DNA from: a virus
Strand: one strand, 5' to 3'
IMG/VR virus record: IMGVR_UViG_3300045988_123629
DNA: 64,000 nucleotides
Position numbers and translations under genes: made by a program. The notes beneath the pieces were generated by a model. The model saw only the letters and a list, made by a program, of their open reading frames with translations, did no database searches and had not been told where the DNA came from. This document shows, in pieces, positions 23,001-37,503 of the stretch. Position 1 is the stretch's first letter. Each line of letters starts with the position of its first letter.

Positions 23001-25394
23001 GAATTACATTATGAAAAATTAACTTATGAAGTTGAAGTAAAAATTCAATTAGATGAAAATGATACTAAAAAATTAGAATATTATTTTGATAAATTAAGTG
23101 ATAATATTTATAAAGCTGCTGAAGCTCTTGGATATTTACAAGGTCAATTTGATCCAGTAATTAGCCAATTAGGAACTTATGAAAATTTCTATGGTTAGTT
23201 AAACAATGCTTATTCTAATGGAGAAATTTCTCAAGAAAATTATATTGAAGGCTTACAAGATGTATATGATAATACATTAGATAATTTAAATGCTTTGTAG
23301 GATTTAGATAAAGAAATGCTTGAATATTATGGTAATACTATAGATTTAGCAAATGATGAATTATCTAAATATACAGATCATATGGAGCATTTAACTAGTG
23401 TATTGGATCATTATTGTTCTATTATTACTTTGTTAGGTAAAGACAAAGATTATGATAAAGTTTTATCAGTTTTGAATGGAACTGCTTAGACTAAGAAAAA
23501 TAATTTTGATACTTCTAAACAATGGTATGAAAGCTTGAAGCGTGAACGTGATGCAGCAGCCGCAACTTTAGCCAGTTCAACCGATGAGGCTGAGCGTGAA
23601 GTGCTTCAAAAGAATTATGATGCTATATTAGCTGCATTCGATGAAGCGGAAGAAGATATGCTTTCTAAAGCTGAAGAATATGGTGAAGCATTAAAAGAAA
23701 TCCTTACTACAAAGATGGAACAAGCTGCGGATGAAATGAATAAGCAATTAAGCACTACCAAAGTGAGTATTAATGGTAATAACTTTAATATTTCCGGTTG
23801 GGATGCTTTAAATGATGCTTTGGATAGAATGTCTTCTTACCAAGATGAATATTTAACAAAAACTAATTAGATTTATGAAATGAATAAACTACTTAATAAT
23901 GTTAATTAGGCTATTGATAAGACAAATAATCAAGCAGCTAAAAATAGATACCAGCAATTTACTAAAGAAATTGAGTAGTTAAGAGATAAAGATAAATTAA
24001 GTCAATTAGAATTAGAAATTGCTTAGGCTAAATATAAAGTGCTTGAAGCGCAAATCGCGTTAGAGGAAGCTCAAAACGCAAAATCCACAGTTAGATTACA
24101 ACGTGATAATGAGGGTAATTTTGGTTATGTGTATACCGCAGACCAAGAGAAAGTAAATGATGCGCAATAGGCTTTGGCGGACGCGGAAAATGATTTATAT
24201 AACATTCGCCTTGATGCGACAAATAAATATGGTCAACAAAAACTTCAATATGAGAAAGAGTTGGCTGACAAACTTGCGGAACTTAATTAGAAAGCCGCGG
24301 AAGATGCTGTTTACCGTGAGACTACATATCAGCAAGAACGTGCGTTAGTAATTCAACAATATACTGATTTAATTACTACTGCTGGAAATCTTTATGCGAA
24401 AGCTCAAGAAGAGGATAGTAGAGTCGTTCAAGACGCTTGGGTAAATTCTTTTGATATTATCAAAGATAATAGTAATAGTTGGAAAGATACTATTACTGAA
24501 AACACTAATATTATCAATGATACATTTAAAGAATGGCAAGATAGCATGGATGAAATTAGTAAAATTGTTGGTGATGATTTAAAAGATACTCAATAGAAAG
24601 TTAAAGATGTTACTGATGAAAGTAATAAACTTTATCAAGAAGTATCTAATAAAGTTATCCCCGCTCTTGAAGGTGAGTTAAGTTCCGTTCGTAGTGCCAC
24701 TGAAGCTTGGGCACAACATCGTCAGCAATTACTTGATACTATTAGAGCTTATGAAGAGCTTTTGAACGCCATTCAAGCGACATTGCGCGCTTAGAGTGGA
24801 TTTGGTAGCGATAGTAGTAATTCTTCAACAAGAGTTGATTGGTCTGAAAAAATGGGTCAAGTTGAATATGGTTCTGATAAATATAATGAATATTATCAAA
24901 ATCGTGAAGATGTTATTAAAGGAGGATATGACATTAAAACAGCTACAAATGCTCGTGTTAATGCTTTTTATCAAAAAGGATTGACATTACCAATTACCCG
25001 CAATGGAAAAACTTATACTCATTTTACTGATATTCCTGATAGCGTTTGGAAACAATTAGTTGGGTTTAGAAGTGGCGGCTATACTGGCACTTGGAATGAT
25101 GGTGGAAAATTAGCGTTCTTACATTAGAAAGAATTAGTTCTTAATGCTGATGACACGGAAAATATGTTAGCTTCTATCCAATTAGTTAGATAGATCGCGA
25201 AACAATTAGATTTCAATAGTCAACAAATTTCTACTCTTTCTTCTTCTGGATTTACTGTTAGTTCTCAAGATGGAACATTAGAATAGAATGTTAGAATTGA
25301 AGCTAATTTCCCGAACGCAACTGATAGATACGAAATTCAAGAAGCATTTAATACATTAGTTAATGTAGCTTCTCAGTATGCCAATAGAAAATAA
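17082..25394 (+). CDS. tail tape measure protein, about 2770 aa
   Basis: All ORF-track fragments at 17886, 19518, 19815, 20688, 22512, 23535 and 24852 are in one frame and joined only by TAGs; the fragment GTALKTIFARIQGLKLGE resembles the TP901-type tape measure motif; hydrophobic Gly/Ala-rich segments near 19500-19900; TAA at 25392-25394 followed by a terminator. Confidence 0.8.
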
Positions 25395-25400
25395 AATTAA

Positions 25401-25437
25401 GGGTGAAGTCTTATAGGCTTCACCCTTTTTCTTTTTG
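25401..25437 (+). terminator. rho-independent terminator
   Basis: gggtgaag, loop tcttatag, gcttcaccc, then tttttctttttggg. Confidence 0.7.
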
Positions 25438-25509
25438 GGTAATTATATTGAATAAAACTAATTAATTTTTTAGAAAATTATAGAGTAATGAGTAAAAGGA
25501 GGGATTATT

Positions 25510-28500
25510 TTGGCTGATAATGCACTAAATATTCAAGAAAGTTTATGTCAAGCAATGAGTATTATTGCCAATTCAAGTGTTGATAAAGTTAAATTTGATA
25601 GTACCATTGAATGTACTATTATTGACGCAACTGATAAACTTATTGGTAAGTATAAGGTCAAAAATGAATCTTATGCGGAATTTTATGCTTATTCCCAAAT
25701 AACCACTTATAACAAAGGCGATAAAGTGTATGTATAGATTCCAAAAGGAGATTATAATAGCACTAAATTTATTGTCGGTAAAAAGACAGATAAAAATGAA
25801 AATAAACCATATAATTTTGTCAATCCTTTTAATACTTTTATTGATTTAACTGGTAATTTTTTTATTGCCAAAGATAATAATAAAGAAATTTGGAGTATCT
25901 TAGCTAATGGTAATGAAGAGGAAATTGAGATTACTCCAAATGGCGGAATTACCTTTACTGATGAGCAATAGGGATTTACGCGATTGGGGCTGCGTGCCGA
26001 TTTCCGCGCCTGGCTTGAAACACTCGGTGTAATAAGTGGTAATTATGGATTAAAAATAAATATATATGGTATTAAAGATGATACTGCGGATAATATTAAA
26101 AAAATAGAAGCAAGTATCAAAAATAATGGAGAAACCCCTTTAATCGCATCCATTGATTTAGATACTAATGACATGTATGGCAATCCCTATAATTTTGAAG
26201 GATATTATTCTCAAGAAATTGTTATTGATACTAGCGCAGTAGCTAAAATATATAATATAAAAATATTTTTATATCAAAAAGATAATTTTAAAGATAGTAA
26301 TAATAATTTAATTAGTTATGCCAATGATTTCAATATGTCAATTCCGCCTAATAATATCTTTGTAAAAGATATATATATGGGATTAGGTATTTCCGCAGAT
26401 GAAATAGAAAATGAATATGTAAGACTGTATTCATTAGATGGAAGTACTTATGTAATTGATGATAAAGGTTAGATTGATTCTAAAACTATTAAATTGAAAT
26501 GGGTTCATTTTGATGAAGATGGCAATAGAACTCAAATAACTGAACATAAAAAAGAAGATACATTTGAAGTTCGCTGGTATGCGTATGAATTTGGAGCACC
26601 TTCCGCGGACGAATATTCTGGTGTCTATTGGACTGCGATTGAAGATAATAAAAATAATTTTTATTATTAGCTAAAACCGCGCTCTAATAAAAATCAAGAA
26701 TAGGTTAAAGTAATTATTTTATATAATGGAAAAGTTTATAGAAGTAATATAATTACTTTTAATAATGAAAAACAAGTTCCTAATGATGCGACTATTGATA
26801 GTTTAAATGCTTTGTCTATTCACTGTGAAGATTAGACTAATGGTAATTATTTAATTTATAATTAGGCTAATTATTTGATGAATAGATCAGATGGAAAGAT
26901 TAGTCGTAAATTAACTTTGCATTTTGATTCTAAGACTTATGCTATTAATAATGGTATAATTGGTAAAAATTAGGATGGAGAAAGTAAATTAGTTGAAGCT
27001 TAGAGAGTAATTTGGCAAATTCCTATTAAAAATACTATGCTTAATTTTGGTATTAAAGATGATGGAACTGATGCTACTTATAAAGAAATTATTATTGATT
27101 TAACTAATGAAAACGTCAATGTTTCTCCTGGAGAATTTTCTTTAAATTATACTATTAATACTTTTTATAGTAGTAATAAATCTAATAATACCGTAATTGC
27201 TAAAGTAGAAAAAGATGGTATTGTTTATACCTCCATTAAAGATTTCACTTTTGGATAGGTAGGAACTAATGGCACTGATTGTACTTTGGTAATTGATATG
27301 ATAGCTCACGAGAATTTAAATAATAAAGTATTTACTGCTATAAAAAGTGGAGTAAGAGATAATTATACTTTTAGAGCTTAGTTATATGATAATGAAGGTA
27401 AAGAAATTACTAATTTTGAAAAATGTAATTGGACTTGGAGTTTTATGGCTGGATCAACGGTTAATAATGTTGATTTATAGAATATTAATAATTAGAATTG
27501 TGTGTTAAGAGTTAATACTACAAACTCTATAATGAGTAATTTAATTATTTTGTAGGTAAAATTATCTGGTTGGGGAGACTATGATTTAACTGCTTACTAT
27601 CCAGTTCCTATTACAACTTTAGATAATACTTATATAAATGGTCCAACAGAGGTAATTTATTTAAGTAATGGTGAACCTACATTTTCTAAAGAGCCTTATA
27701 AATTATTTGTAAATGGCGAAGTAGATGAAATTGCGACTTGGAGTATTTATTCTAGTAATTCTAATGATGCTTTTATCGGTAAGATTAATTATAATGAAGA
27801 TAAAAAAGAGTATAGATTAAGTCCTATGAGTTTTTATGTTGATGGAGTAAGCGTTTATGGAGTCCAAGGAAAATAGGGAAATAAGATAGTTTGGACGTAG
27901 CCTATTTTAGTATTATAGAATAAATATCCATCTGCTATGGTAAATAAATGGGATGGAAAATTTTATACTGATGTAGAAAATAATTTTTTAGGTGTAGCTT
28001 AGATTGCTGCAGGTAAAAAAGATAAAAATGCTAATACTTTTACCGGAGTATTAATAGGTGATTTTGGAACAAAACAAAATGCAGATTCAAGTATTTCTTA
28101 TAATACTGGGGTTTATGGATATAATAATGGATATCAAGTTTATGCTTTAAAAGATGACGGAACTGCTACTTTTGGTAAATCTAGCACAGGATAGATTATA
28201 ATTAATGGAACTTCAAGTATTATAGAATCTAAAGATTTTGAATATACTTATAATGAGTCTGGAGCTAGTGTAATAACAGGGTTAAGTTTAGATTTATTAA
28301 ATGGTAAAATTTATGCTTAGTCTGGTACTTTTAGTGATAATATTAAAATTAATTATAATGGTTCTACGGGATAGCCTTGGTATATTTAGTATGGAGCGGG
28401 AGAAAAATCATTAAGTGATATATTAAATGCAATTGGTAGCGCTGCTGCTGAAGCTAAAAGTGCCGCTAGTGCGGCGGGGGCTGCTGCTACTAAAGCTCAA

Positions 28501-28827
28501 TAGGCAGCAGATGCAGCCGCGGATGTAGCGGAAACAGCTGCTTCAATTTCTATAGTAGCTAGCAATGCTGCGTCTAATGCATAGAGTGCGGTAGATGATT
28601 TAAGTTATTTATCAAAAATTTTGAATTATAAAAATAGTAGTAATATTTATTTAGGTCCTTCTGTTGAATATTCTTCTACTCCCAATTTAACTATTTTTAA
28701 TGGCACAATTGGCTTAATGGGAGGAACTGGTAATTATCTTAATGTGACTGATAGGTCTATCTATTTACAAGGTCCCGTTGTAATAAATGGTTCATTGACT
28801 CTCAATGGAAAAGAAATAACAGGTTAA
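25510..28827 (+). CDS. large distal tail protein (Dit-like or fibre-like), 1105 aa
   Basis: TTG start after aaaaggaggg; ORFs 25510, 25984, 27037 and 28621 are in one frame across TAGs; Ala-rich collar segment AAAEAKSAASAAGAAATKAQ near the C-terminus. Confidence 0.5.
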
Positions 28828-28849
28828 ATTAAAAAGGAGAAAAAGGAAA

Positions 28850-29026
28850 ATGAAAGAACAAGATATTAATTTTTTAAAAGTTTTATACAATACTCTTTCT
28901 TTAGTATCAACTAAAGGAGAAGATACTATTCTTATGGGAGAGTGTTTAAAACAATTAAGAGATTTTACAAATAGATTAGTAGATCTTCAAGAGGAGAAGA
29001 ATAACGAGAATAATTAGGAGGGATAA
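28850..29026 (+). CDS. small hypothetical protein, 58 aa
   Basis: RBS aaaaaggagaaaaaggaaaATG; one in-frame TAG that also forms the RBS (taggaggg) of the next gene. Confidence 0.35.
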
Positions 29027-29027
29027 A

Positions 29028-31919
29028 ATGGTTAATAAATTATATCCACCTATTATATCTGGAACTTTACCAGCATTTGTTGGATAGGAAATTACTATTC
29101 CATTTCAAATGAATCGTGCAGTTAGTATGGTAGAAGTTTCAGGATTATGTTATATAATTAAAACAGTGTCAAGCAATGTCGTAATTGCTTAGGGAACAAC
29201 CGCGGATTTTACTCCAAGCAAAGTCCGCGGTTGTTTGGAACAAGGTTCTATTACTTTTAATATAAATCTTAAATCAATTACTAATAATGGAAAACCTATT
29301 CAATATAAATTAAATCCAGGATAGTCTTACAAAATTCAGTTAGCATATATTAATACTAATGGAGTAGTTGGATATTATTCTACGGTTGGTATTGCTAAAT
29401 GCACGACTAAGCCCGCAGTTTATATAAAAGGTTTTGAAGATAATTTAGTAGGAATAAATAAAACAAATTTTATTGGAGTATATAGCCAAAAAGAAAAAAA
29501 TGATGATATTACTGAAAAAGTTTATTCATATAGATTTAAAGTGTATGATGAAAATGGTAATATTTTTGCTGATAGTGGAGAGCAATTACATAATTCAATT
29601 AATGACACGGAATTAAATGAAAGTTATGATAGTTTTGAATTAAATAAAGAATTACAAAAAAATAAAAATTATTTTATTCAATATTCTATAACTACTATTA
29701 ATAACTATGAAGCAGAGAGTGTTAGATACCAAATCATTAATAGAGAAACTATTAATCCAGAATTACAAGCAACCCTTTCCGCTACTATGGATGAAAATAA
29801 TGGATATGTAAAAATTAATTTAAATGGAATCCGCGATAAAAAAACAGGGTTAGAAATTCCTGCTACTGGGGCTTTTGCTTTATTAAGAGCCAGTAGCGAA
29901 GATGATTTCAATACTTGGAATACAGTATTAAAATTTAAATTAGTTGGTGAAACTCCATCAAGAGAATTATATAGAGATTTTACTGTCGAGCATGGGTTTA
30001 GTTATCAATATGCGGTTCAGCAATATAGCGACGAAACTGCGGTCCGCAGCAATAAAATCTTTTCTAATACTGTATATAGTATTTTTGAAGATAGTTTTTT
30101 ATATAATAATGGATAGTTATTAAAAATAAGATTTAATCCAAAAGTAAGCAATTTTAAAATTAATACCCTTGAAAGTAAAACTGATACTATTGGAAGCCAA
30201 TATCCTTATATTTTTAGGAATGGAAATACTTATTATCACGAATTTCCTATAAGTGGTTTAATTTCTTACCTTATGGATGAAGACCATTTATTTATAGGTA
30301 AATTAGGCGATGATGAAATTAAAGATTTTACATCAACTGATTTAACTAACTATAATATTAATATAGAACGTCAATTTAAAACTAAGGCTTTAGAATTTTT
30401 AACTGATGGAGAACCTAAATTATTTAAATCTCCAACAGAAGGAAACTTTATTGTGCGTTTGTTAAATGTAAGTTTAAGCCCTGAAGATAAATTAGGACGT
30501 ATGCTTCATACATTTAGTGGAACTGCATATGAGATTGATAAAGTTAGTTTTGATAATCTTACTACTTATGGATTTATTGACGCGGACCCGCCCGAGAGCG
30601 AAATTCTTAAATGGGATAGTATTTCTTTTGATGGATGGTATAAAATTAATGGGTATATTAATGATGTAAATACCTATATTGATAATTTGAAAGATGAAAA
30701 TCTGACTTAGGTAGAAATTAATAAATTACAAGCAAATAAACAAACTTGTTTAGATAATTTATTACAAACATTAAGTTTTTATCCTATGTTTGAATTACTT
30801 TATGACGGAGATCATTATAGTTTATAGACCAAAGATATTTTAGCTAATTCTCCTGCGATAACGATTCGATTTGAAGGTTTTGCTCCTGGAGATAAGTTCA
30901 GCATTGATGGAGAAGAAATTGTTATTGGTATTACAGGAGCTTATTTAATAGATCATGTTGCTCCAATCTATAGTGTTAAAGTAGTAGAATTATCTGACGT
31001 GGGCTTATAGCAAGGAACTATTGTATATTCTTATTATGGCAAGCAGGCAAGTAAGTTTGATACTATTAATGATATTCAAGTTGCGGATTTGCCTTTAGAG
31101 CAATATTATGGAACTGAAGGTAATATTTTAAATCTTTATAATGATGATTTTAAATACAAAGTAACATAGATTTATTTCTTGCGTTTTACTAAGCGTGATG
31201 TATAGAAATTATATACAAGTAATAAAGTTAATTTTTATACTACTCCCGGCAGAGCAATTAGTGAAGAAGAAGGAGAAAAAGATCATTCTGTAGAAATTAA
31301 ACGTGTAGATTTTGATCCTACCTTAATTTATCATATCTATTTAGTAAGTCAAACTGAAGAACAAGATTACTATATTGATGGATATACTAAGAAAGAAATT
31401 TATGATTCTGGCGTATTAGTTAGTGAAAAGAATTGGGCTTGTAATATTAGAATAAATGAAGATGATAAACAAATTATTGGTATTGATTAGAAGAATGAAT
31501 ATTAGATTAAAGACTTAACTGATATTACTTCTATTGAAATCGATCCAGGCGTTTTATGCGAATTATCAGTTCAACGTCAAGAAGTAGTTTACTCTTTTGA
31601 AAATGATAATCAAACTACTTATAGAATTTTTAATGGTTAGAATTATACTACAACTACAATTTATCAATTAAAGCAAAATTGGTTAAGGGCTAAGAAGGCT
31701 TTAAAAGATTTTAAAGAATTAGAGCAAGATAAAAGCAATCCTGATTTTACTAAAGATGATCCATTTTATAATGTAAATTAGAGTAATATTTAGACTTGTA
31801 TAAAAAATTATAATAATAAAGTAGCAGAATTACAAAAGATAGTTGATGAAACATATACTTTATTTATTGATACTTTAAGAAAGGCGGTAGAGGATTATGA
31901 AGACTCAAAGACAATATGA
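29028..31919 (+). CDS. large tail protein (Tal-like or baseplate), 963 aa
   Basis: ATG at 29028 after taggaggg; ORFs 29541 and 30273 are in the same frame; continuous across TAGs to the TGA at 31917-31919, which overlaps the next gene. Confidence 0.5.
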
Positions 31920-34203
31920 TACCGACTTTCTTAAAAAATTAGACGAATTTAAACATAAAGTAGTTTATGCTCGTATTGAGCTATTAACATTTGATGAATT
32001 GCCAATAGAGAGTATAGAAGGCAAGATAACCAGCGGATCGATTAATATTGATGGAACATCTGCGGTCCGCAGGTCTTGTTCCCTTACTATGATGACTAAT
32101 AAGAAATTATATAGACAATATTCTTGGGGTTTAAATTCTAAATTTAGTTTAGCTATTGGATTAGAAAATAAGATTGATAGTAAATATCCAGATATTATTT
32201 GGTTTAATCAAGGTATTTATTTAATTACTTCTTTTAATACTTCTCAAAGTGCTAGCTCATATAGCATTTCTATTCAAGGTAAAGACAAAATGTGTTTATT
32301 AAATGGAGATTTGGGAGGAGATTTACCTGCTTCTATAGATTTTGGATAGGAAGAAGTAATTACTTATACTTATAATAAACAAGATAATATAACCAAAGAT
32401 AACTATATAAAAGGTAAATATTGCTATATTGTCAATAGTGAGGAAGAAGCTAAGAAACATAACGTTTATTATATTTCTACTTAGAATAAACAAACCACTT
32501 ATTACGTTTTAGATGAAGAAGAATTTAGTAATAGAGAATACTATTTAAGAGAAAGTTATTTAAATTTAATTCAAATTCCTATTTAGACTATTATTAAAAA
32601 ACTTCTTACAGTTTATGGCAAAGAAAAAGAAAGTAATATAGTTATTAATGATTTAGATCAATATGGTTATGAATTATTGGCTAATAAATGTGATGAAACT
32701 ATGTATTTTTTTAAAGACGCGCAAACTAATAGAATAGTTAATGCTTCAATAGGGACATTGCCAGATTTATTAGATATAAATAATGTAAAAATAACTGATA
32801 CAAGCAATATTAAATTTGATAATTTAGATAGTAATAAATTATTAGATGATGCCCCTAAACCAACTAAAGTAAGATTAGTAAATAATGGGACTATTTATAC
32901 TATTGTAAGTCGAACAACTAATGAAACAGTTGGTTATCGTATTTGTGATTTGGTTTACGCTGGAGATCTTATCACCAGTGTTGGTGAAAATGTGGCTAGC
33001 GCGTTAGACAAAATTAAAAATATGTTAAGTTGTTTTGAATATTATTATGATATAGATGGTAGATTTATTTTCCAAAGAAAGAAATTTTATGAATATTAGT
33101 CTTGGACTAGTATAGTGAATAATTCTAATGGAGATAGTTATATTGAGCCTGCAGTTTATTCTTCATCTTCAATTTATTCATTTAGAGACGGATAGACAAT
33201 TATTTCTTTTAACAACACTCCACAGATTGCTAATTTAAGAAATGATTTTTCTATTTGGGGATAGAGAGAAAGTGCGAGTGGTGCTGAGATTCCTATTCAT
33301 CTAAGATACGCGATAGACCAAAAGCCTATTTAGTATACTACGATTATTGTAAATGATAATGATATAAATAGATATAAATCTACAATGTATAATAATGATA
33401 TTTTTGATACTATGAATCCGCAATTAGAACAAAAAACTTATAAAAATAAGTGGTATCGAAGTGAAAATGAACCAGGAGTTATTTATTGCGATTGGCGCGA
33501 AGTTCTATATCGTATGGCTGTAGATTATTATCAATATAATTATGCAGATGATTTTACCAGTAAAGTGGCGACCGCGAATCCTGACCTCTATCCTTCTGGA
33601 ATAACTGGTTATGAGACTTATTATGTAGATTTATTCTCCTTTTGGAGAGATATTTATGATTATGATAAATTAGATTTCAAGGAAGAAGTAAAAAATAATC
33701 CTGAGAATTTAAATTTTTGGTTTGATTTTATTGGGGAAGAAAATGCGGACATTGCTAAATATTCAGTCCAATTAATTGGAGATAGAACAAAAGCAATTAA
33801 TGATACTAATGTAAAAGTTATATGTTATAGAGATACACCTGATGTATTATTTATGACATAGACAGATTATGATTCTATTATTTAGAATAATTATCCAACA
33901 GAAAGTGGGTATATTTGGATTAATATTCCTTCTGGATATGATAATTATTTTAAAATTAGTTCTAAAGGTAAGAGTGCGGTTGATGAAATTGAAGATTTAC
34001 TTTATACAACAGCCTATTGTACGGAAAGCGTTTCAATTTCTACTATTCCAGTTTATTATTTAGAGCCTAATAATAGAATTTATATTGAAGATAAAAGAAG
34101 TGGCGTTGAAGGAGAATATTTAGTTAATAAAATAACTATTCCATTAACTTATAATGGTTCAATGTCTATTAGTGCCACCAAAGCAATATCAAGAGTATAT
34201 TAA
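31897..34203 (+). CDS. tail or baseplate protein, 768 aa
   Basis: ORFs 31897, 32677 and 33385 are in one frame across TAGs to the TAA at 34201-34203. Confidence 0.5.
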
Positions 34204-34216
34204 GGAGGACCACTAA

Positions 34217-34561
34217 ATGGCAAGAAAGATAAGACAAATTCGTTATTATGGTGAAGGTCTTAATTCTAAGAACTATCCAAGTGATGTTAATATGAGTAAA
34301 TTAATTACAGGAACCGCATTTAAAAATAATAACCAAAATGTATTAATTACTCAATTAGGTATTTAGACTTTGCCAGGAACGAAATTTTATTTAAATGATA
34401 GCGCTAATGCTATTATTGTTGGAAATACTGGTATTTATGAATTAGATTTAGAAGGTATTTCTACTATTAATTTGATTAAATTTGATAGAAGCTCTATGAA
34501 TTTGATTAATCAAAATCAAGAAGCATATCTTATTATAGATTATTTATTTGAGGAGGGTTGA
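34217..34561 (+). CDS. hypothetical small tail-associated protein, 114 aa
   Basis: RBS aaggaggaccactaaATG; one in-frame TAG; TGA overlaps the next ATG. Confidence 0.4.
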
Positions 34562-34563
34562 TA

Positions 34564-36834
34564 ATGGGTTTTTATGGTAATATAACTAATACTTCAAAAA
34601 CAACCTTTACTTTTGATAAAATTTACAGTAATAGACTTCAAATGGATAATAGCTGTACGAGTGATGGTATATTTTTAGGACGCTATGTTTTAGTTGAATA
34701 TGGTCTTCCCGCCACTCAATATTTAGTAGGATATCTTGATAATAAAATTATGTATGATGATCCTTCTGATAGAAGTGATTCTCATATTATTTTATGTGAG
34801 AATGGAAAATTAGTAAAAGTTAAAAGAAGCAACCAATGGTATTTATATGTGGGAAATATAACCGCGAGTGGGGTTAAAGAGTGGAAATATCTCACTAGAA
34901 TTACTAATGACAGAGTTGATGATGAATAGTATAATTTAAATTATCAAATAGATTATCCTGTTTATGGTCGTGGCTATGATTCTACAGTTTGGATAAAACA
35001 ATACATCAATAATCAAGAGACTTATGTTTAGATTGCTGAATTAAATACTGTTGTTCCTAATTTTTCAATTTACCCACTACTTCCTCAAGATCCCTATGTC
35101 GCAGTTGATGATAGTAATATCGTATATTAGCCAGGTAAGTATTATTATTATGATGAAACTGATAGTCATTATAAATTAGATAATAATGATACTAAAACCG
35201 AGGGGCGCGTTTACTATTTAGAAAGTGAACTTGGACCTGCGATAACTACAGATCAAAGTAGCACAAATTTACTTTATAAATTAAGAGTTCCTACTAATTT
35301 CCAGCTTGATTTAGACGATAATAATATTTATTATAATAAAGAAGGATTTAGTAAGACAAAACATTTTCGTGATGATAAAACAGAAAATACTATTAATTAT
35401 AAATTAAGTTAGTCAGGATATAGATTTTACTATAATGTAGAATAGGATAATGTTGTTGGTGAGCCGATCGAAGATGGCTACGACCGCAAATCTCTCGTTG
35501 TAAAACTTCCTGCTCTTGGTAATGCGGTATGCGACACTTATGATTTGCTTTACGGTCAAAATCGCAATGATTCTGCTACCAATTTTGATAAAACTAACAT
35601 TAAAGGTGCTTTAAATACTCTTAATAGAAAAATGAACTTAGATAAATTAGATACTAATAAACTTATTTATTTTTCTACTGAGACTGATAATAATATTAAT
35701 GATAATTATATGAAGTCTGCGACTATCAAAGGAGATAATTTGATTTCAGTAGATGCTAATATTGAGAAGAATAACGGAGTTATTAAAGTTACTCATAATA
35801 ATTTAGATGTAAACAAAGCATCAAAAAGTTATGGTAAAGATGTTGATTTTAGTACTTTTGGTTCTTCTATTACTTTACCTAAATTATTTACTGATAAAGC
35901 GGGACATATTGTAAAAGAAGAAACATTTTCAGTTAGTATTCCAAAAGGCTCTTATACTAATACTAAAGAAGGTAATGTTTTTACTTCTTTAAGTTTCACT
36001 GGTACTACTGGAGCTTTAAGTAGTGAGAAATCTTATTTAGGAACTTTAGCATTAGGTGAAGGGTATATTATTAACAATAAATTAAATACTATTACTAAAG
36101 ACACAACTCTTAATGATAGTATTAGTAAATTGATTGATAATAGTGATAGTAAATATAATACTTTATTAGGTCAATCTAATAATAATTTTGGTAAAGATAT
36201 TATCCCGACTCTTTATGGGTTAAGATAGGGGATTAATGCTGATAGAGATAATATTAGTAATTTAAGCGGTAAAATTGATGTATTAAATGGAACTGTATCT
36301 ACAACAAATTCAGTTGCTTATAGCATTAAATAGGCTATTGATAAATTAGATAAAGCTGATAATAAAGTAGATAAACAATTCGTTACGGCGGTAGAAGAAA
36401 AAGATGGTTTAATAACTGTTTCAAGAAGCGCTTTACAAGAAAGTGATTTACCTATTACTTTTGATGGAACTTATAGTAGTAGTAATAAAGTTGCTACTAT
36501 GAGTAGTTTAAATACTTTAAAAACTAATCTTTTAGGTGGCTATACTGGCACATTAGCTGATATAAATACTTTAGCAAGTGGCAAATTAAATGAAGGCGCG
36601 GTCCGCGGCCTTACATACAATGCGACTTCTGGAAATAATGGAGCTAAAACAATAGCAGAGATGTTTGATTTAATTGTAGAATTATAGAATAAAAATACAT
36701 AGTTAAATACAACTATCAAAGCCCTATAGGATAAAGATATTGAATTAAATAATTTAATTATTGGATTAAGAACTGATGTTGATGCTTTAAAAAATAGCTC
36801 AAATAATACTGATACTCCATCTGAAACAACTTAA
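34564..36834 (+). CDS. tail fibre-like protein with C-terminal coiled coil, 756 aa
   Basis: ORFs 34558, 35545 and 36499 are in one frame across TAGs; C-terminus has heptad-like LQNKNTQLNTTIKALQDKDIELNNLIIGLRTDVDALK; terminator follows. Confidence 0.5.
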
Positions 36835-36843
36835 TTTAAATAA

Positions 36844-36874
36844 GGGTTTGGTCTTAATAGGCCAAACCCTTTTA
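36844..36874 (+). terminator. rho-independent terminator
   Basis: gggtttggtc, loop ttaatag, gccaaaccc, then ttttag. Confidence 0.65.
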
Positions 36875-36921
36875 GTATTGATTAAAAAGATTTTATAAAT
36901 AATAGAAAGGAGTCGATTATC

Positions 36922-37503
36922 TTGCCTAATACATTAAATAAATATGTAAAATTTGTCAGAGGTTCTAAAACCGCTTTTGAAAATTTAGGGAATAGAAGAG
37001 ACAATGATACTTTATATTTTATTTATGGGAAAAATGATTCTTCTGGAGAACTTTATTTAGGTAGTCGTCTAATTTGCGGTGGAATTAGTTCCGCGGGTAA
37101 GTTAAGCGATTTAAGTGATATTGTTCTCAATGAAGTTAAAACAAATCAAGTTTTAATTTATGATGAAGAACAAAAGAAATGGGTTAATTAGGGTTTAGAA
37201 AATAATGAGACTTTAATTAATTCTATTGTTGAAAAATTATCTACAGAAGAAAATTTAGCTAAATTAGCTCCTGTTTTTAAGGGCACAGTTCCAGGGTTAG
37301 TTCCAGTTTCTTTACATGAAACTAAAGGAAAGCATATTCTTACCGATGCAGGTACATGGATTGATATGCCAGTAGGAACATTAACTTAGGGAGATATTGA
37401 AACAATTAATATAGCTAATAAATATTTAGTAGATAAAGGTCCTGATAATTTGGTAACTCGTGTTGAAGCAGTCGAACAAACTGTTTCTTGGGCTGATATT
37501 TAA
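36922..37503 (+). CDS. fibre-like protein with conserved N-terminal anchor motif, 193 aa
   Basis: TTG start 9 nt after aaaggag; N-terminus VKFVRGSKTAFENL...DTLYFIYGKN; 2 in-frame TAGs; TAA at 37501. Confidence 0.45.
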
